Counted from the stretch's first letter, positions 17,259 through 27,341 are shown. The stretch is DNA of 64,000 bases from an uncultured Acidimicrobiaceae bacterium (GCA_963719125.1 CAVRAT010000012.1:133031-197030); one strand, 5' to 3'. The notes: generated by a model not told the origin, from the letters alone. Translations and numbers: made by a program.

Positions 17259-18535
17259 GGCGCGGCGACCCCGCTCAAAAGTGGGTCATGCAGAACGGCG
17301 CCCGCCGGACACCGAACATTTCGTCCAGCACGTCGCGCGGCGCCTTCGGTGCACTGACCGATGCGGCCCACCTCGGCCATACCGGCAAACGGGACGCCTC
17401 CCAGATACAAGGCCCCTAACGCCTCTATCGGCAGGACGAGGTCGGGCGTGGCCTCGACGCGCTCCACGGTCCCGATGCCCTGGCGGTCGACCGACAGGCG
17501 GAAACGACCTTCGTTCCAGGAGCAGAACGGGTCCTTCACCTCCATGACAAGGGCGTCTCCCTCTTCGTAGCGACGCCGGGCGAGCGCACCCTCGACGTCC
17601 ACCAGGCGGACCCAGGTGCGGTCACCCCAGCTCACCGTGCGAAGGCGCCGTTGGTCCTCGAGCATGTACCGCAAGGGCTCGTCGACCGGCCGGCTGCCCG
17701 TGCGCAGCTGCTCGGTCAGGTCGATGCCGAGCAGGTAGCGCCACAACGACGTGTAGCTCTCGTCGCTCAGCGAGCACAATTCCTCCACGAACACCGCCCG
17801 GCGCCAGTGGTCGGCGGGGTCGATCGGGCCCACCCGGTACACGGCATAGCCGTCGATACTGCCAGCCTGCTCATAACAGGCATAGAAACGGTGTCTCGCT
17901 TCCTCGCTTGCAGCGTTCGGGCTCCCCAGCAACTCAGCCCATTCCCCGTGCCCGCGGTCGAGCTCGCCAACTCTTGTCGGCACGTAGGCGCGGTGCACGG
18001 CGGGGAACGCCTCTGCCGCCTGAGCCAGCTCGAGGAGCCGGACCGAGCCGGGGCCGTCGCCCAGGCTCGGGGCGCACGGTGTTGCGACCCGTGTCCTCGT
18101 TCCGGCGTCTCGCGTGTCGACCTCGTAGCGTGCCCCGAAGGTCGCCGGGCCGTAGCCGTAGCGCCCATAGATGCCGCCTTCACTGGCATAGAGCACCGCG
18201 AGGGTCTCACGTGCCGAACGCAGGTCGTCGAGCTGGCGCCTCATCATCGAGTTGAGCAGCCCACGCCGGCGGTGGGTCGGGGCCACCGAGACGTCGGTAA
18301 CGGCCGCGACCTCGCAGCGGACCAGTCCCGGCAGCGTCATCGGGATAAGGTACGAACTGGTCGTGGCGACGAGGTCCCCTCCGTCGAAGACCGCCAGCGT
18401 CCGGTCGACCTGCAGCTCCTCCGCGAGGCTCTCGAGCTTGTCCGGCGTGTAGCGACCCCCGAACGCGGACGCCTGACAAGATGCGAAGGCGTAGATCTCG
18501 TGTACGTCTATCGGTCGAAGCTCAAAGTCCGTCAT
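17165..18535 (-). CDS. Eis-like GNAT N-acetyltransferase (C-terminus apparently frameshifted)
   Basis: Start MTDFELRPI.. and GNAT motif HRRRGLLNSMMR, with Eis/UPF0256-like overall organisation. The expected C-terminal ...DVLDEMFGVRRAPFCMTHF* is in the +1 frame and ends at 17275. Confidence 0.78.
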   Translation of the reverse strand: MTDFELRPIDVHEIYAFASCQASAFGGRYTPDKLESLAEELQVDRTLAVFDGGDLVATTSSYLIPMTLPGLVRCEVAAVTDVSVAPTHRRRGLLNSMMRRQLDDLRSARETLAVLYASEGGIYGRYGYGPATFGARYEVDTRDAGTRTRVATPCAPSLGDGPGSVRLLELAQAAEAFPAVHRAYVPTRVGELDRGHGEWAELLGSPNAASEEARHRFYACYEQAGSIDGYAVYRVGPIDPADHWRRAVFVEELCSLSDESYTSLWRYLLGIDLTEQLRTGSRPVDEPLRYMLEDQRRLRTVSWGDRTWVRLVDVEGALARRRYEEGDALVMEVKDPFCSWNEGRFRLSVDRQGIGTVERVEATPDLVLPIEALGALYLGGVPFAGMAEVGRIGQCTEGAARRAGRNVRCPAGAVLHDPLLSGVAAPQILSSRTTWACGSTLRTSSSRCEWQVMNST

Positions 18536-18556
18536 CTTGGGAGATCTCCCGCCTCG

Positions 18557-18573
18557 GGCGCGCAAGGCGCGCC
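18557..18573 (-). terminator. GC hairpin GGCGCGC-aag-GCGCGCC, 2 nt after the ispG stop codon
   Basis: Perfect 7-bp stem with a 3-nt loop. No U-tract follows. Confidence 0.35.
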
Positions 18574-18575
18574 GG

Positions 18576-19832
18576 TCAACCGCCGAGGGGGTGGGGTTCC
18601 TGCTCCTGGGCGATCGTCTTTCGGATCATCTGAATCCGTTCTGCAGCGTGGTTGACATCGTCGCCCTTGGCCTCGAACAGTGCCCTGCGGTCCTCCTCGG
18701 CTTCCAATTCGGCGCTCGCGTCCACGGCCGCGAGGCGTGCCTCGATGCCTTCTGTGACGAGCTTCTCCGCCTCGGCAACGAGCGCCTCGACCATCTCGTC
18801 CTCGGGCACGACCCGCACGATCTTGCCCTTGATGAAAAGGTGCCCCTTGTGGCGTCCCGCCGCGATCCCGAGATCGGCCTCGCGGGCCTCCCCCGGCCCG
18901 TTGACGACGCAGCCCATCACAGCCACCTGAAGCGGCAGCGAACGGGACTCCAAGGCCTCTTGGACCTTGCGCGCGATCTCGATCACGTCGATCTCAGCGC
19001 GGCCGCACGATGGGCACACGATCAGGTCCAGGCCCTTGCGCTCACGAAGCCCGAGTGCTTCGAGCAACTGGCGACCGGCCCGGGCTTCTTGCACCGGGTC
19101 GGCCGTCAACGAGTAGCGGATCGTGTCACCGATGCCCTCGGCGAGAAGGGTCGCGATCCCGGCCGTGCCCTTGATGAGACCGGCAGGAGGTGGCCCGGCC
19201 TCCGTCACGCCCAAGTGAAGCGGATGATCGAAAGTCTCCGATGCCAGCCGGTACGCCTCGATCATGAGCGGGACGTTGGAGGCCTTCACCGAGATCTTCA
19301 CGTCCTCGAAACCGACTTCTTCAAAGTAGGCGAGCTCCATGCGCGCGGACTCGACGAGCGCCTCCGGCGTGGCACCGCCGTACTTCTTGTACAAGCTGGG
19401 ATGCAGCGAGCCGGCGTTCACGCCGATGCGGATCGGGACGGAGCGGTCGCGCGCCTCAGAGGCGACGAGCTTGATCTCCTCCGGCTTGCGAAGATTCCCC
19501 GGGTTCAACCGCAGGCCGTGAACCCCGGCCTCGAGGGCGGCGAGCGCCATCTCGTAGTGGAAGTGCACGTCGGCCACGATCGGCACGGGCGAGCGTGGGA
19601 CGATGACCGCCAAACCCTCGGCCGCCTCCTGCTCGTTGCACGTGCAACGCACGATGTCGGCCCCGGCGGCGGCAAGCGTGTACACCTGGGCGAGGGTGCC
19701 TTCGGCATCCGCCGTCTTCGTCACCGTCATCGACTGCACCGACACGGGCGCGCCCCCGCCGACGGCGACCTTTCCTACCTTTATCTGGCGGGTTTTGCGC
19801 CGTTCGGCCAACGTCGCGCCGGTTCTGGCCAT
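18576..19832 (-). CDS. ispG: 4-hydroxy-3-methylbut-2-en-1-yl diphosphate synthase
   Basis: 418 aa, with KVGKVAVGGGAPVSVQSMT and a C-terminal CPSCGR...GCVVNGPGE cluster. Confidence 0.95.
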   Translation of the reverse strand: MARTGATLAERRKTRQIKVGKVAVGGGAPVSVQSMTVTKTADAEGTLAQVYTLAAAGADIVRCTCNEQEAAEGLAVIVPRSPVPIVADVHFHYEMALAALEAGVHGLRLNPGNLRKPEEIKLVASEARDRSVPIRIGVNAGSLHPSLYKKYGGATPEALVESARMELAYFEEVGFEDVKISVKASNVPLMIEAYRLASETFDHPLHLGVTEAGPPPAGLIKGTAGIATLLAEGIGDTIRYSLTADPVQEARAGRQLLEALGLRERKGLDLIVCPSCGRAEIDVIEIARKVQEALESRSLPLQVAVMGCVVNGPGEAREADLGIAAGRHKGHLFIKGKIVRVVPEDEMVEALVAEAEKLVTEGIEARLAAVDASAELEAEEDRRALFEAKGDDVNHAAERIQMIRKTIAQEQEPHPLGG

Positions 19833-19924
19833 CGACGGCCAGCTTAGCCGGGCGCGCGCGACGGCCCCCGGTGGCCGCAGGCACGTGCTCAGCCCACCGC
19901 GCAGGCCGTTCCGGCCGCCGCTCC

Positions 19925-21250
19925 TCAGCCCCCGGGCAGATGGGCGGGGTTGACGATGTTCATATAGAGGGCCCCGAGGCCGACGAGCACCACGAAGAGC
20001 AGGAAGACGTAAGCGACCGGCATGAGCTTGGCGACGTCCGCGTGATAGTTGCGCCCTTTGCGCGAGCGCAGCCGCTCGTAGATCGCGATGGCGACATGAC
20101 CTCCGTCGAGCGGCAGCATCGGGAACAGGTTGACGATGCCAACGAACATGTTGATAGCGGCGAGCAGCACCAACAACTCCGCCACATCCTGCCTGGCCGC
20201 TTGGGCACCTATCTGGACGGCCCCGACGATGGACAGGATCGTCCCGCCCCCTGATCCGTTCCCGGACGTCCCCGAGGTCCCCGAGGCCTGGTTGTTACCG
20301 GCCACGGCGACCTGGTGAGCGAAGTTGCTCAGCCCGTGGAGCGAGAAAACCTGGGCAAGCCCGCTGAAGGTCTGGCCGAACAGGGAACCGAACTCCGCGC
20401 CGGCGTGGCCGGTGGCGGTGAACGGCCCGACCGACACGTTCCGCACATTGGTGAGCTCGACTCCGATCACGCCCTTCGCCGGGCCCGAGGGGTTCGCGGC
20501 CCGGACACGCTCGCCGCCGATCTCCTCCACCACGTGGCGGCCGTCGACCGGTGTGACGCGGAGGGTCAGGTCGTGACCGTTGCGGTCCACGACGAAACTG
20601 AGGGTGTCGCCGGGATGCTTGTTCACGAGGGTGATGAGCGAGTCCAGGTCGGTGACCTTGCGGCCGTCGACGGCCACGATCACGTCGCCGGGCCTGAGCC
20701 CTGCACGCTGGGCCGGGCTCAGGCCCGTCGAGAAATGCCCGAGGCTCGAGATCGTCGGCGAGGTCAAAGTCGGCGCCCCGGAGAAGGCGTAAAGGGAGAA
20801 CAGCAGCACGAAGGCGATGATCATGTGCATGCCCGACCCGGCGAATGCCACCAGAAGTCGCCGCGGGAACGACGCCTGGCGGTAGCTGCGCGCCTCGTCG
20901 GACGGATCGACCTGCTCGAGCATGGTCATGCCCACGATGCGGACGTAGCCGCCTGCCGGGATCGCCTTGACGCCGTACTCGGTCTCTCCCCAGCGTATCG
21001 ACCAGAGCCTCGGCCCGAAGCCGAGGAAGTACTCGGTGACCTTCATCCCGCTCCACTTGGCGGTGGCGAAGTGGCCGAGCTCGTGGAGCATGATCATGGC
21101 GACGAGGGCGAGCACGACGACCAGGACGGGCAACGCGCCGAACGCGATCGCGGCGACGATGCCGGTGACGACGACAACCGCCAGCCGTAACAAGGGCCCG
21201 ATCCCGGCTGCCCACGCGCCGGGCAAAACAGCGCCTTTGGCGTCGTCCAT
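19925..21250 (-). CDS. M50 site-2 (RIP) zinc metalloprotease with PDZ domain (RseP/Rip1-like)
   Basis: HELGHF motif, a PDZ segment (GLRPGDVIVAVDG) and a C-terminal NLFPMLPLDGGH. The ATG at 21250 is preferred over 21319, which overlaps dxr by 32 nt. Confidence 0.88.
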   Translation of the reverse strand: MDDAKGAVLPGAWAAGIGPLLRLAVVVVTGIVAAIAFGALPVLVVVLALVAMIMLHELGHFATAKWSGMKVTEYFLGFGPRLWSIRWGETEYGVKAIPAGGYVRIVGMTMLEQVDPSDEARSYRQASFPRRLLVAFAGSGMHMIIAFVLLFSLYAFSGAPTLTSPTISSLGHFSTGLSPAQRAGLRPGDVIVAVDGRKVTDLDSLITLVNKHPGDTLSFVVDRNGHDLTLRVTPVDGRHVVEEIGGERVRAANPSGPAKGVIGVELTNVRNVSVGPFTATGHAGAEFGSLFGQTFSGLAQVFSLHGLSNFAHQVAVAGNNQASGTSGTSGNGSGGGTILSIVGAVQIGAQAARQDVAELLVLLAAINMFVGIVNLFPMLPLDGGHVAIAIYERLRSRKGRNYHADVAKLMPVAYVFLLFVVLVGLGALYMNIVNPAHLPGG

Positions 21251-21287
21251 CAGGACAAGTCTCCCGCTTCCGAGCCCTGTTTCCTCG

Positions 21288-22505
21288 TCACGCCATGTGC
21301 TCACGGGCGACGACCGCACGCGTGGCTCGCACCCGCACGTGCACGTCCGCCTCCAAGACGTCCTCCACCTGCACGAGGTCGCTGGGCGCGTGCGCCTCGA
21401 GCGTCTCGGCTACGACCGCGGCGATCGCAGTCCAGGGAATACGACCGGCCAGGAATGCCGCCACGGCCACTTCATTGGCTGCATTCAGCCAGGCGGGGGC
21501 GCTTCCACCCGCCCGGCCTGCCTCGTAGGCGAGCCCTAGGCAGGGGAAAGTCTTGAGGTCCGGTGGCTCGAAGTCGAGATGGACCGGTGCGTTGAAGTCG
21601 AGTGAGCCGTAGGGGTGGGAGAGACGGTCCGGATAGCCCAGGGCGTAGCCGATCGGGAGGCGCATGTCAGGAACCGACAGCTCCGCGATCGTCGTCCCAT
21701 CGCAGAACTCCACCATGGAGTGCACGATCGACTGCGGGTGGACCACAACCTCGATGCGGTCGTAGTCGACGCCGAACAGCTCTCGGGCCTCGATGACCTC
21801 GAGCCCCTTGTTCATCAGCGTCGAGGAGTCGATAGTGATCTTCGGCCCCATCTGCCAGGTCGGATGGGCCAGGGCGTCGGCCACGGTCACCGATGCGAGA
21901 TCCTCCGCCGTCCTGCCCCGGAACGGTCCTCCGCTCGCTGTGATCACGAGCCGCGCCACTGCCTCCGGACGCCCGCACGCAAGGCACTGGTGGATGGCAC
22001 CGTGCTCGGAGTCGACCGGTACGAGCTCGGCCCCAACGGTCGAGCGGGCACGCTGCACCACGGGCGCCCCGGCCACGAGTGACTCCTTGTTGGCGAGAGC
22101 GAGCCGACGACCCGCTCGCAGCGCCGCGACGGTCACGCCGAGGCCGGCAAACCCGACAACGGCGTTGAGCACCACGTCAGCGGTCTCCACGAGCGACGAC
22201 AGCGCTCCGGGACCGGCGCGCAGCTCGATGCCGGTGGGCAGCAGGTCTGCGAGCTTTCCTTCGTAGGCGCTGTCGGCAATCGCGACGACCCTGGGGTGGA
22301 ACTCCTTTGCTTGGGCAGCCAGGAGCTCGACCGACCTCGACGCCCCGAGGGCGCTGACGACGAAACGGTCCCGCGCCGACCGGAGGACGTCGAGAGTCTG
22401 GGTGCCGATCGAACCGGTCGAACCGACGACCGCGACGCGCCTTTGCGATTCGCCTCCGGGAGTGGTGGTCCGGACCGGCACCGGCTGGTCCATCGTCACC
22501 GTCAT
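21288..22505 (-). CDS. dxr: 1-deoxy-D-xylulose-5-phosphate reductoisomerase
   Basis: VAVVGSTGSIGTQTLDV and DSEHGAIHQCL motifs. The ATG at 22505 overlaps the cdsA stop (ATGA). Confidence 0.94.
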   Translation of the reverse strand: MTVTMDQPVPVRTTTPGGESQRRVAVVGSTGSIGTQTLDVLRSARDRFVVSALGASRSVELLAAQAKEFHPRVVAIADSAYEGKLADLLPTGIELRAGPGALSSLVETADVVLNAVVGFAGLGVTVAALRAGRRLALANKESLVAGAPVVQRARSTVGAELVPVDSEHGAIHQCLACGRPEAVARLVITASGGPFRGRTAEDLASVTVADALAHPTWQMGPKITIDSSTLMNKGLEVIEARELFGVDYDRIEVVVHPQSIVHSMVEFCDGTTIAELSVPDMRLPIGYALGYPDRLSHPYGSLDFNAPVHLDFEPPDLKTFPCLGLAYEAGRAGGSAPAWLNAANEVAVAAFLAGRIPWTAIAAVVAETLEAHAPSDLVQVEDVLEADVHVRVRATRAVVAREHMA

Positions 22506-24073
22506 CACACGTGAGCTAGGCGGACGAAGTAGTAGGCCGCCGGGAGAACGAACAGCAGGGCGTCGATCCGGTCCAGCATCCCGCCGTGGCCGGGCAGCAG
22601 CGACCCCATGTCCTTCACACCGATGTCGCGCTTGATCATGGACTCGACGAGGTCGCCGCAAGGCGCCACCACTGCGACGATGAGGCCCAGCTCGAGCGCC
22701 GTTGTGACGTGCCAGGGGTGGATCTGGCTTGTGATGCCCGCCGAGGCCGCGATCGCCACCACACAACCGGCCACGAGGCCCTCCCAGGTCTTGTTCGGGC
22801 TGATCGTGGGGGCGAGGCTGTGCCTCCCGAAGCGGCTGCCGACCACGTAGCCACCGATGTCGTAGCCGACGGCGGCGATGATCGCTCCCAGCATGAACGC
22901 GATCCCGTGACGGTCAGGGAAGATCTTCGGGTCGATGATGAGCCCGGCGAACGCGGCCAGCACTCCCGTCCAGCCGAAGGCGAAGACGGTGACCGAGAGA
23001 TTGGTGAGCGGAGAGCGGCGCGTGATCCCGGCGAGATACCAGAGCATCGAGGCGACGATGAAGATCCCGAAGGCGAACGGGATCGCATCCGGCCCTTTGA
23101 AGTAGGCCGCGACGATCACTGCCGGCACGGCCACCACTCCCAAGAGGGTCGCGGGCCTGTAACCGGCGAGCCGCAATGAGTTGAAGAGCTCAGCTGCCGC
23201 AAGCGTCACGGCCACGACCACGAGGGCGAGCACTTCGGGCGGACCGGCACGAAAGCACAGGAGCAGGACGGCGGCCAGCACGACGCCCGTGATGGTGGCG
23301 ACCACAGGATTGCGGGAAGGGGCTTCGTTGCCCCTCTTCGTGACCGCGCCCGACCGCTGAACCCGCCGGCGAACCCGGCGTGCGACATGGCGCCGGCGCC
23401 GGACAGGCGCGGCGGGCGCCTCGTCGGACTCCTCCCCGGTGCCCGGGCTTGCGTCCCCGGCGTCCGGGCCGCCCGGCGCGTCCGGCAGATCGACGAAAGG
23501 CGCCGGCGCTTCGGCCTCAGGCGATGAGTCCCCTAAAGGCGGTGGCTGCGCGGCAGTGTCGGGAGCGTCGTTGCGGGCGACCCAGGGAGCCTCGCCGTCG
23601 TCGTCGAGGAAGTCGTACGCGAATGGGTCGTCGGAGGACGACTCCTCCGACGCCGTGACACTGAGGCCGGCCCTGGCGAGGTCGGCGAGGACGGCGTCGC
23701 TGTCGTTCCAGTCCTCTTCGCGTTCGCGCCACACAGGCCCTCCGGGCGGCGTTGGGAGCGGGCCACCCCGCTCGATCGCCGCCTCCTGCTCGAGGTCCCG
23801 CAGCACACGGGGAAGCTGCAAGGTGGGCGGGTCCGTCCAGTCGGGCAGCTCGTAGGAGGCGAGCATCTCGGCCACCGACTGTGGAGCGGGGGCCTGCGGG
23901 GCGGCGTCGTCTCCCTCCGGGAGGGAAGCGTCCGCGGCCGGCTCGGCCGCAGGACGCGCCACTGCCTCGGCCGAAGGCACCAACCCAGCCGCCACTCCGG
24001 CCTCCACGCCGGCAATCCGGGCCCGTTCGGTAACCGGCTCCCCGGTCCCTTCGGGCTCTTGTCCGTCCTCCAC
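22505..24073 (-). CDS. cdsA: phosphatidate cytidylyltransferase with ~230-aa acidic/Pro-rich N-terminal extension
   Basis: The C-terminal ~290 aa are a multi-TM CdsA with SMIKRDIGVKDMGSLLPGHGGMLDRID. GTG 24073 is preceded by GGGAGG. Confidence 0.85.
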   Translation of the reverse strand: MEDGQEPEGTGEPVTERARIAGVEAGVAAGLVPSAEAVARPAAEPAADASLPEGDDAAPQAPAPQSVAEMLASYELPDWTDPPTLQLPRVLRDLEQEAAIERGGPLPTPPGGPVWREREEDWNDSDAVLADLARAGLSVTASEESSSDDPFAYDFLDDDGEAPWVARNDAPDTAAQPPPLGDSSPEAEAPAPFVDLPDAPGGPDAGDASPGTGEESDEAPAAPVRRRRHVARRVRRRVQRSGAVTKRGNEAPSRNPVVATITGVVLAAVLLLCFRAGPPEVLALVVVAVTLAAAELFNSLRLAGYRPATLLGVVAVPAVIVAAYFKGPDAIPFAFGIFIVASMLWYLAGITRRSPLTNLSVTVFAFGWTGVLAAFAGLIIDPKIFPDRHGIAFMLGAIIAAVGYDIGGYVVGSRFGRHSLAPTISPNKTWEGLVAGCVVAIAASAGITSQIHPWHVTTALELGLIVAVVAPCGDLVESMIKRDIGVKDMGSLLPGHGGMLDRIDALLFVLPAAYYFVRLAHV

Positions 24074-24176
24074 AGTTCCTCCCTCGCGGGCTCCTTCGCT
24101 GCCGCCGGCACCCTTATGGCGTCACGGCATCAAAGGCTCCCGGCGCGGCGACGGCTAGGTGCCGGACCGCCGATGC

Positions 24177-24749
24177 TCAGAGCTCGAGCAACTCCCGTTC
24201 CTTGTGGCTCAAGAGCCTGTCGATCTCCGCGATCTGCTCGTGGGTCAGGCTCTCCAATTCCTTTTCCGCCCGCTCGAGGTCGTCCGAGGAGATGTCGCCG
24301 TCACGCTCCAGGGCCTCGAGGTCGTGGCGGGTCGAACGGCGGACGTTGCGCACAGCGACGCGTCCCTCCTCGGCACGATGCTTGACGACCTTCACGAACT
24401 CCTTGCGCCGCTCTTCGTTGAGCTCGGGGAACACGAGCCTGAACACCTGCCCGTCGTTGGACGGGTTGATGCCCAGGTCGGAGCTGATCAGCGCCCTCTC
24501 GACGGCCTTCATGGCGCCCTTGTCGTAGGGATTGACCACGAGGATGCGGGGCTCGGGGACGCTGAACCCCGCTATCTGCTGCAAGGGGACCTCGCTGCCG
24601 TAGTAGTCCACCTTGAGCTTCTCGACGAGAGCCGGGGAGGCGCGTCCGGTCCGGACCATGGCGAAGTCGGCCTTGGTGTGTTCGACCACCTTGTGCATGC
24701 GTTCGGTGGTGTCGGAGAGCGCGGCTTCAATGAGCGAGTCGTCAGTCAC
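24177..24749 (-). CDS. frr: ribosome recycling factor
   Basis: 190 aa with a full-length RRF-like sequence (..RTGRASPALVEKLKVDYYGS..). Confidence 0.95.
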   Translation of the reverse strand: MTDDSLIEAALSDTTERMHKVVEHTKADFAMVRTGRASPALVEKLKVDYYGSEVPLQQIAGFSVPEPRILVVNPYDKGAMKAVERALISSDLGINPSNDGQVFRLVFPELNEERRKEFVKVVKHRAEEGRVAVRNVRRSTRHDLEALERDGDISSDDLERAEKELESLTHEQIAEIDRLLSHKERELLEL

Positions 24750-25501
24750 CTGATCAGCGTACCTATCCGCTCGCCCACGAGGGCTGCTCGAATGTTGCCC
24801 TCTCGCATCAGATCGAACACGAGGATCGGGATCCCGTTGTCCCGGCAGAAAGTGACCGCGGTGTGGTCCATGACACGCAGGTCCCTCGACACGACCTCCA
24901 GGAACCCGATCTCCTCGTAGCGGGTCGCATTCGGCTCAGAGCGGGGGTCGGCGCTGTAGACCCCGTCCACGCCGGAATGGGTTCCCTTCAAGATGGCGTC
25001 GGCCTCGATCTCGGCCGCCCGCAACGCGGCAGGGGTGTCCGTTGTGAAGTAGGGGTTTCCCATTCCCGCCGCGAAGATGACGACGCGACCCTTCTCGAGG
25101 TGCCTGATCGCGCGACGCCGGATGTAGGGCTCGCAGACCTCCGCCATGTGAATGGCCGACAGCACCCGGGTCGGGCAGCCGACGCGTTCGAGCGCGTCCT
25201 GCAGCGCAAGAGCGTTGATGACCGTGCCGAGCATGCCCATGATGTCCGAGGTCGCCCTGTCCATTCCTTGGCCGGCGCCGGTCGTGCCTCGCCAGATGTT
25301 GCCGCCACCGACGACGATCGCGATCTGGATGTCCAGCTCGCTCTGGGCGGAGCCGATCTCCTTGGCGAGGCGCCCTACGGTCGACGCGTCGATAGTCTCG
25401 TCGGACAACGAGCTTGCCAAGGCTTCTCCGGAGAGCTTCAGCACGACCCGGTGCCAGCGTGGCCGGGCTCCCCCGGCCTGGTCGAGGGCCACTTCGGTCA
25501 C
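24746..25501 (-). CDS. pyrH: UMP kinase
   Basis: VVLKLSGEAL, VVGGGNIWRG and DGVYSADP motifs. GTG 25501 was chosen to avoid the corrected tsf end. The longest ORF extends to 25546. Confidence 0.9.
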   Translation of the reverse strand: MTEVALDQAGGARPRWHRVVLKLSGEALASSLSDETIDASTVGRLAKEIGSAQSELDIQIAIVVGGGNIWRGTTGAGQGMDRATSDIMGMLGTVINALALQDALERVGCPTRVLSAIHMAEVCEPYIRRRAIRHLEKGRVVIFAAGMGNPYFTTDTPAALRAAEIEADAILKGTHSGVDGVYSADPRSEPNATRYEEIGFLEVVSRDLRVMDHTAVTFCRDNGIPILVFDLMREGNIRAALVGERIGTLIR

Positions 25502-26334
25502 GAGTTCCGCGCGGACCCGCTCACGAGCCGACGACGGCCTGAGCAAAGCGAAGCAGCTGGGCGGCGCCGAGAAGCTGCCCGATCGAGAACTGCTCGTCGC
25601 GCACGAACGGCTGGTCGAGCAGGACGCGCTCTTTGTACCAGCCCTGGAGCCGGCCCTCGACGATCTTGTCGAGCGCCGCTTCGGGCTTGCCCTCGTTGCC
25701 GCGCGATCGCGGCCGCGGTCTGGCGGACATCCCCGATCTGCTCGGCAGGCACGTCCTCGCGCCGCAGGTACTCCGGGCGGGCGAACGCGATGTGGAGGGC
25801 GATGTCGTGCGCGAGCGACTCCGGTCCCCCGGCCAACTCCACGAGCACTGCGTTCACGCCGCGGCCGTTCTGCAAGTGCAGGTAGCTGCCGATGATCGCT
25901 GACTCTGGCGCTTCAAAGCGGACCGTCTGGCCGAGGGCGATGTTCTCCTTCGAGACGAGAGTGAGATCCTCGATCCGTCCGGCAAACTGTGCGAGCGCGT
26001 CGTCACCCTTCAAAGCGAGCTCGTTCGCGATCTCCTCCACGAGCGATACGAACTCGGGCGACTTCGCGACGAAGTCGGTCTCGCATTCGAGCATGGCGAT
26101 CGCCCCGACCGGCTTGTGATCGCCATGCACCACCACTGCGACCGCTCCCTCGGTGCGCTCGCGGTGCTGACGCTTGGCGGCACTGATGATGCCCTTCTCG
26201 CGCAGGATGCGCTCTGCCTCATCCATGTCGCCGTCGGCCTCCTCGAGCGCACGCCGGCAGTCCAGGATCCCGGCACTCGTCTTCTTGCGGAGCGCCTGCA
26301 CCTCCTTGGCGGTGATTGCTGCCATCTGTTTCAA
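25498..26334 (-). CDS. tsf: translation elongation factor Ts (reading frame disrupted near 25702)
   Basis: The N-terminal ~200 aa are canonical EF-Ts. The canonical C-terminus [33 protein letters not shown]... is in the +1 frame (ORF 25521..25730). The in-frame tail is Arg/Ala-rich nonsense. Confidence 0.9.
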   Translation of the reverse strand: MKQMAAITAKEVQALRKKTSAGILDCRRALEEADGDMDEAERILREKGIISAAKRQHRERTEGAVAVVVHGDHKPVGAIAMLECETDFVAKSPEFVSLVEEIANELALKGDDALAQFAGRIEDLTLVSKENIALGQTVRFEAPESAIIGSYLHLQNGRGVNAVLVELAGGPESLAHDIALHIAFARPEYLRREDVPAEQIGDVRQTAAAIARQRGQARSGARQDRRGPAPGLVQRARPARPAVRARRAVLDRAASRRRPAASLCSGRRRLVSGSARNS

Positions 26335-27341
26335 TCCTCCGTAACGTGCTCGATATCCGGGGCGGCGGTGTCCTGTTCCGCCTGCTCTTGTGCGATCTCG
26401 CTGCTCGGCTCGGCTTGGCCGGCCACAACCGGGCTCTCCTCACCGTCTGCGAGCGACTCAGGCTCCGCCGCCTGTTCGGGGACCGGAGCGCGATCGACCG
26501 GAGGGGCCTGCGCGGGCTCGGCGGGAGCAGCCTCCGCGTGTCCGACCGCGGAAAAGGCCGCAGGTTCGCCCATGGCCGGCGCCGGCGCCGGCGCCTGCGA
26601 TATGGGCTCGGGCGTCGCGCGGCGGGCCTTGGTGGCAGCGTCCGCGGCACGACGCGACGCGATGAACTTGCCTTCGACGACGGCGTCGGCGATGACTCTG
26701 CACATGAGCCGGCCCGCCCGAATCGCATCGTCGTTGCCCGGGATCACGTAGTCGATGACGTCCGGGTCACAGTTGGTGTCGACGACAGCCACGACCGGGA
26801 GGTGCAGCTTGTTCGCCTCGGTGACGGCGATGTGCTCCTTTTTCGTGTCGATCACGAAGATCGCGTCCGGCGGCCGGTCCAGCCGCCGCAAGCCGCCAAG
26901 GTTCCGGTCGAGCTTCTCCAGCTCGCGCTCGTGGGAGAGGGCCTCCTTCTTGGGCATGGCGGCGAAGTCGCCGGCAGCGCGCGCAGTCTCGAGCTCCTGA
27001 AGCTTGCGGACCCGGCCCGCAACCGTCTGGAAGTTGGTCAGCATGCCTCCGAGCCAGCGCTGGTTCACATAAGGCATGCCGCAGGCCACCGCGAACTCCG
27101 CCACGGGGTCCTGCGTCTGCTTCTTCGTGCCGACGAAAAGGATCACGCCACCCCCGGCGACGAGATCCCTCACGTAGGAGTAGGCGGCGTCCACCCGCTC
27201 CAGGGTCTGGTTGAGATCGATGATGTAGATGCCGTTGCGCTCGCCGAAGATGAAGCGCTTCATCTTCGGGTTCCAACGGCGGGTCTGGTGGCCGAAATGC
27301 ATTCCGGCCTCGAGCAATTGCTTCATCGTGACGACAGCCAC
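26331..27341 (-). CDS. rpsB: 30S ribosomal protein S2 with Ala/Pro/Glu-rich C-terminal tail
   Basis: Starts [30 protein letters not shown] start preceded by GGGAGGAG. Confidence 0.95.
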   Translation of the reverse strand: MAVVTMKQLLEAGMHFGHQTRRWNPKMKRFIFGERNGIYIIDLNQTLERVDAAYSYVRDLVAGGGVILFVGTKKQTQDPVAEFAVACGMPYVNQRWLGGMLTNFQTVAGRVRKLQELETARAAGDFAAMPKKEALSHERELEKLDRNLGGLRRLDRPPDAIFVIDTKKEHIAVTEANKLHLPVVAVVDTNCDPDVIDYVIPGNDDAIRAGRLMCRVIADAVVEGKFIASRRAADAATKARRATPEPISQAPAPAPAMGEPAAFSAVGHAEAAPAEPAQAPPVDRAPVPEQAAEPESLADGEESPVVAGQAEPSSEIAQEQAEQDTAAPDIEHVTED

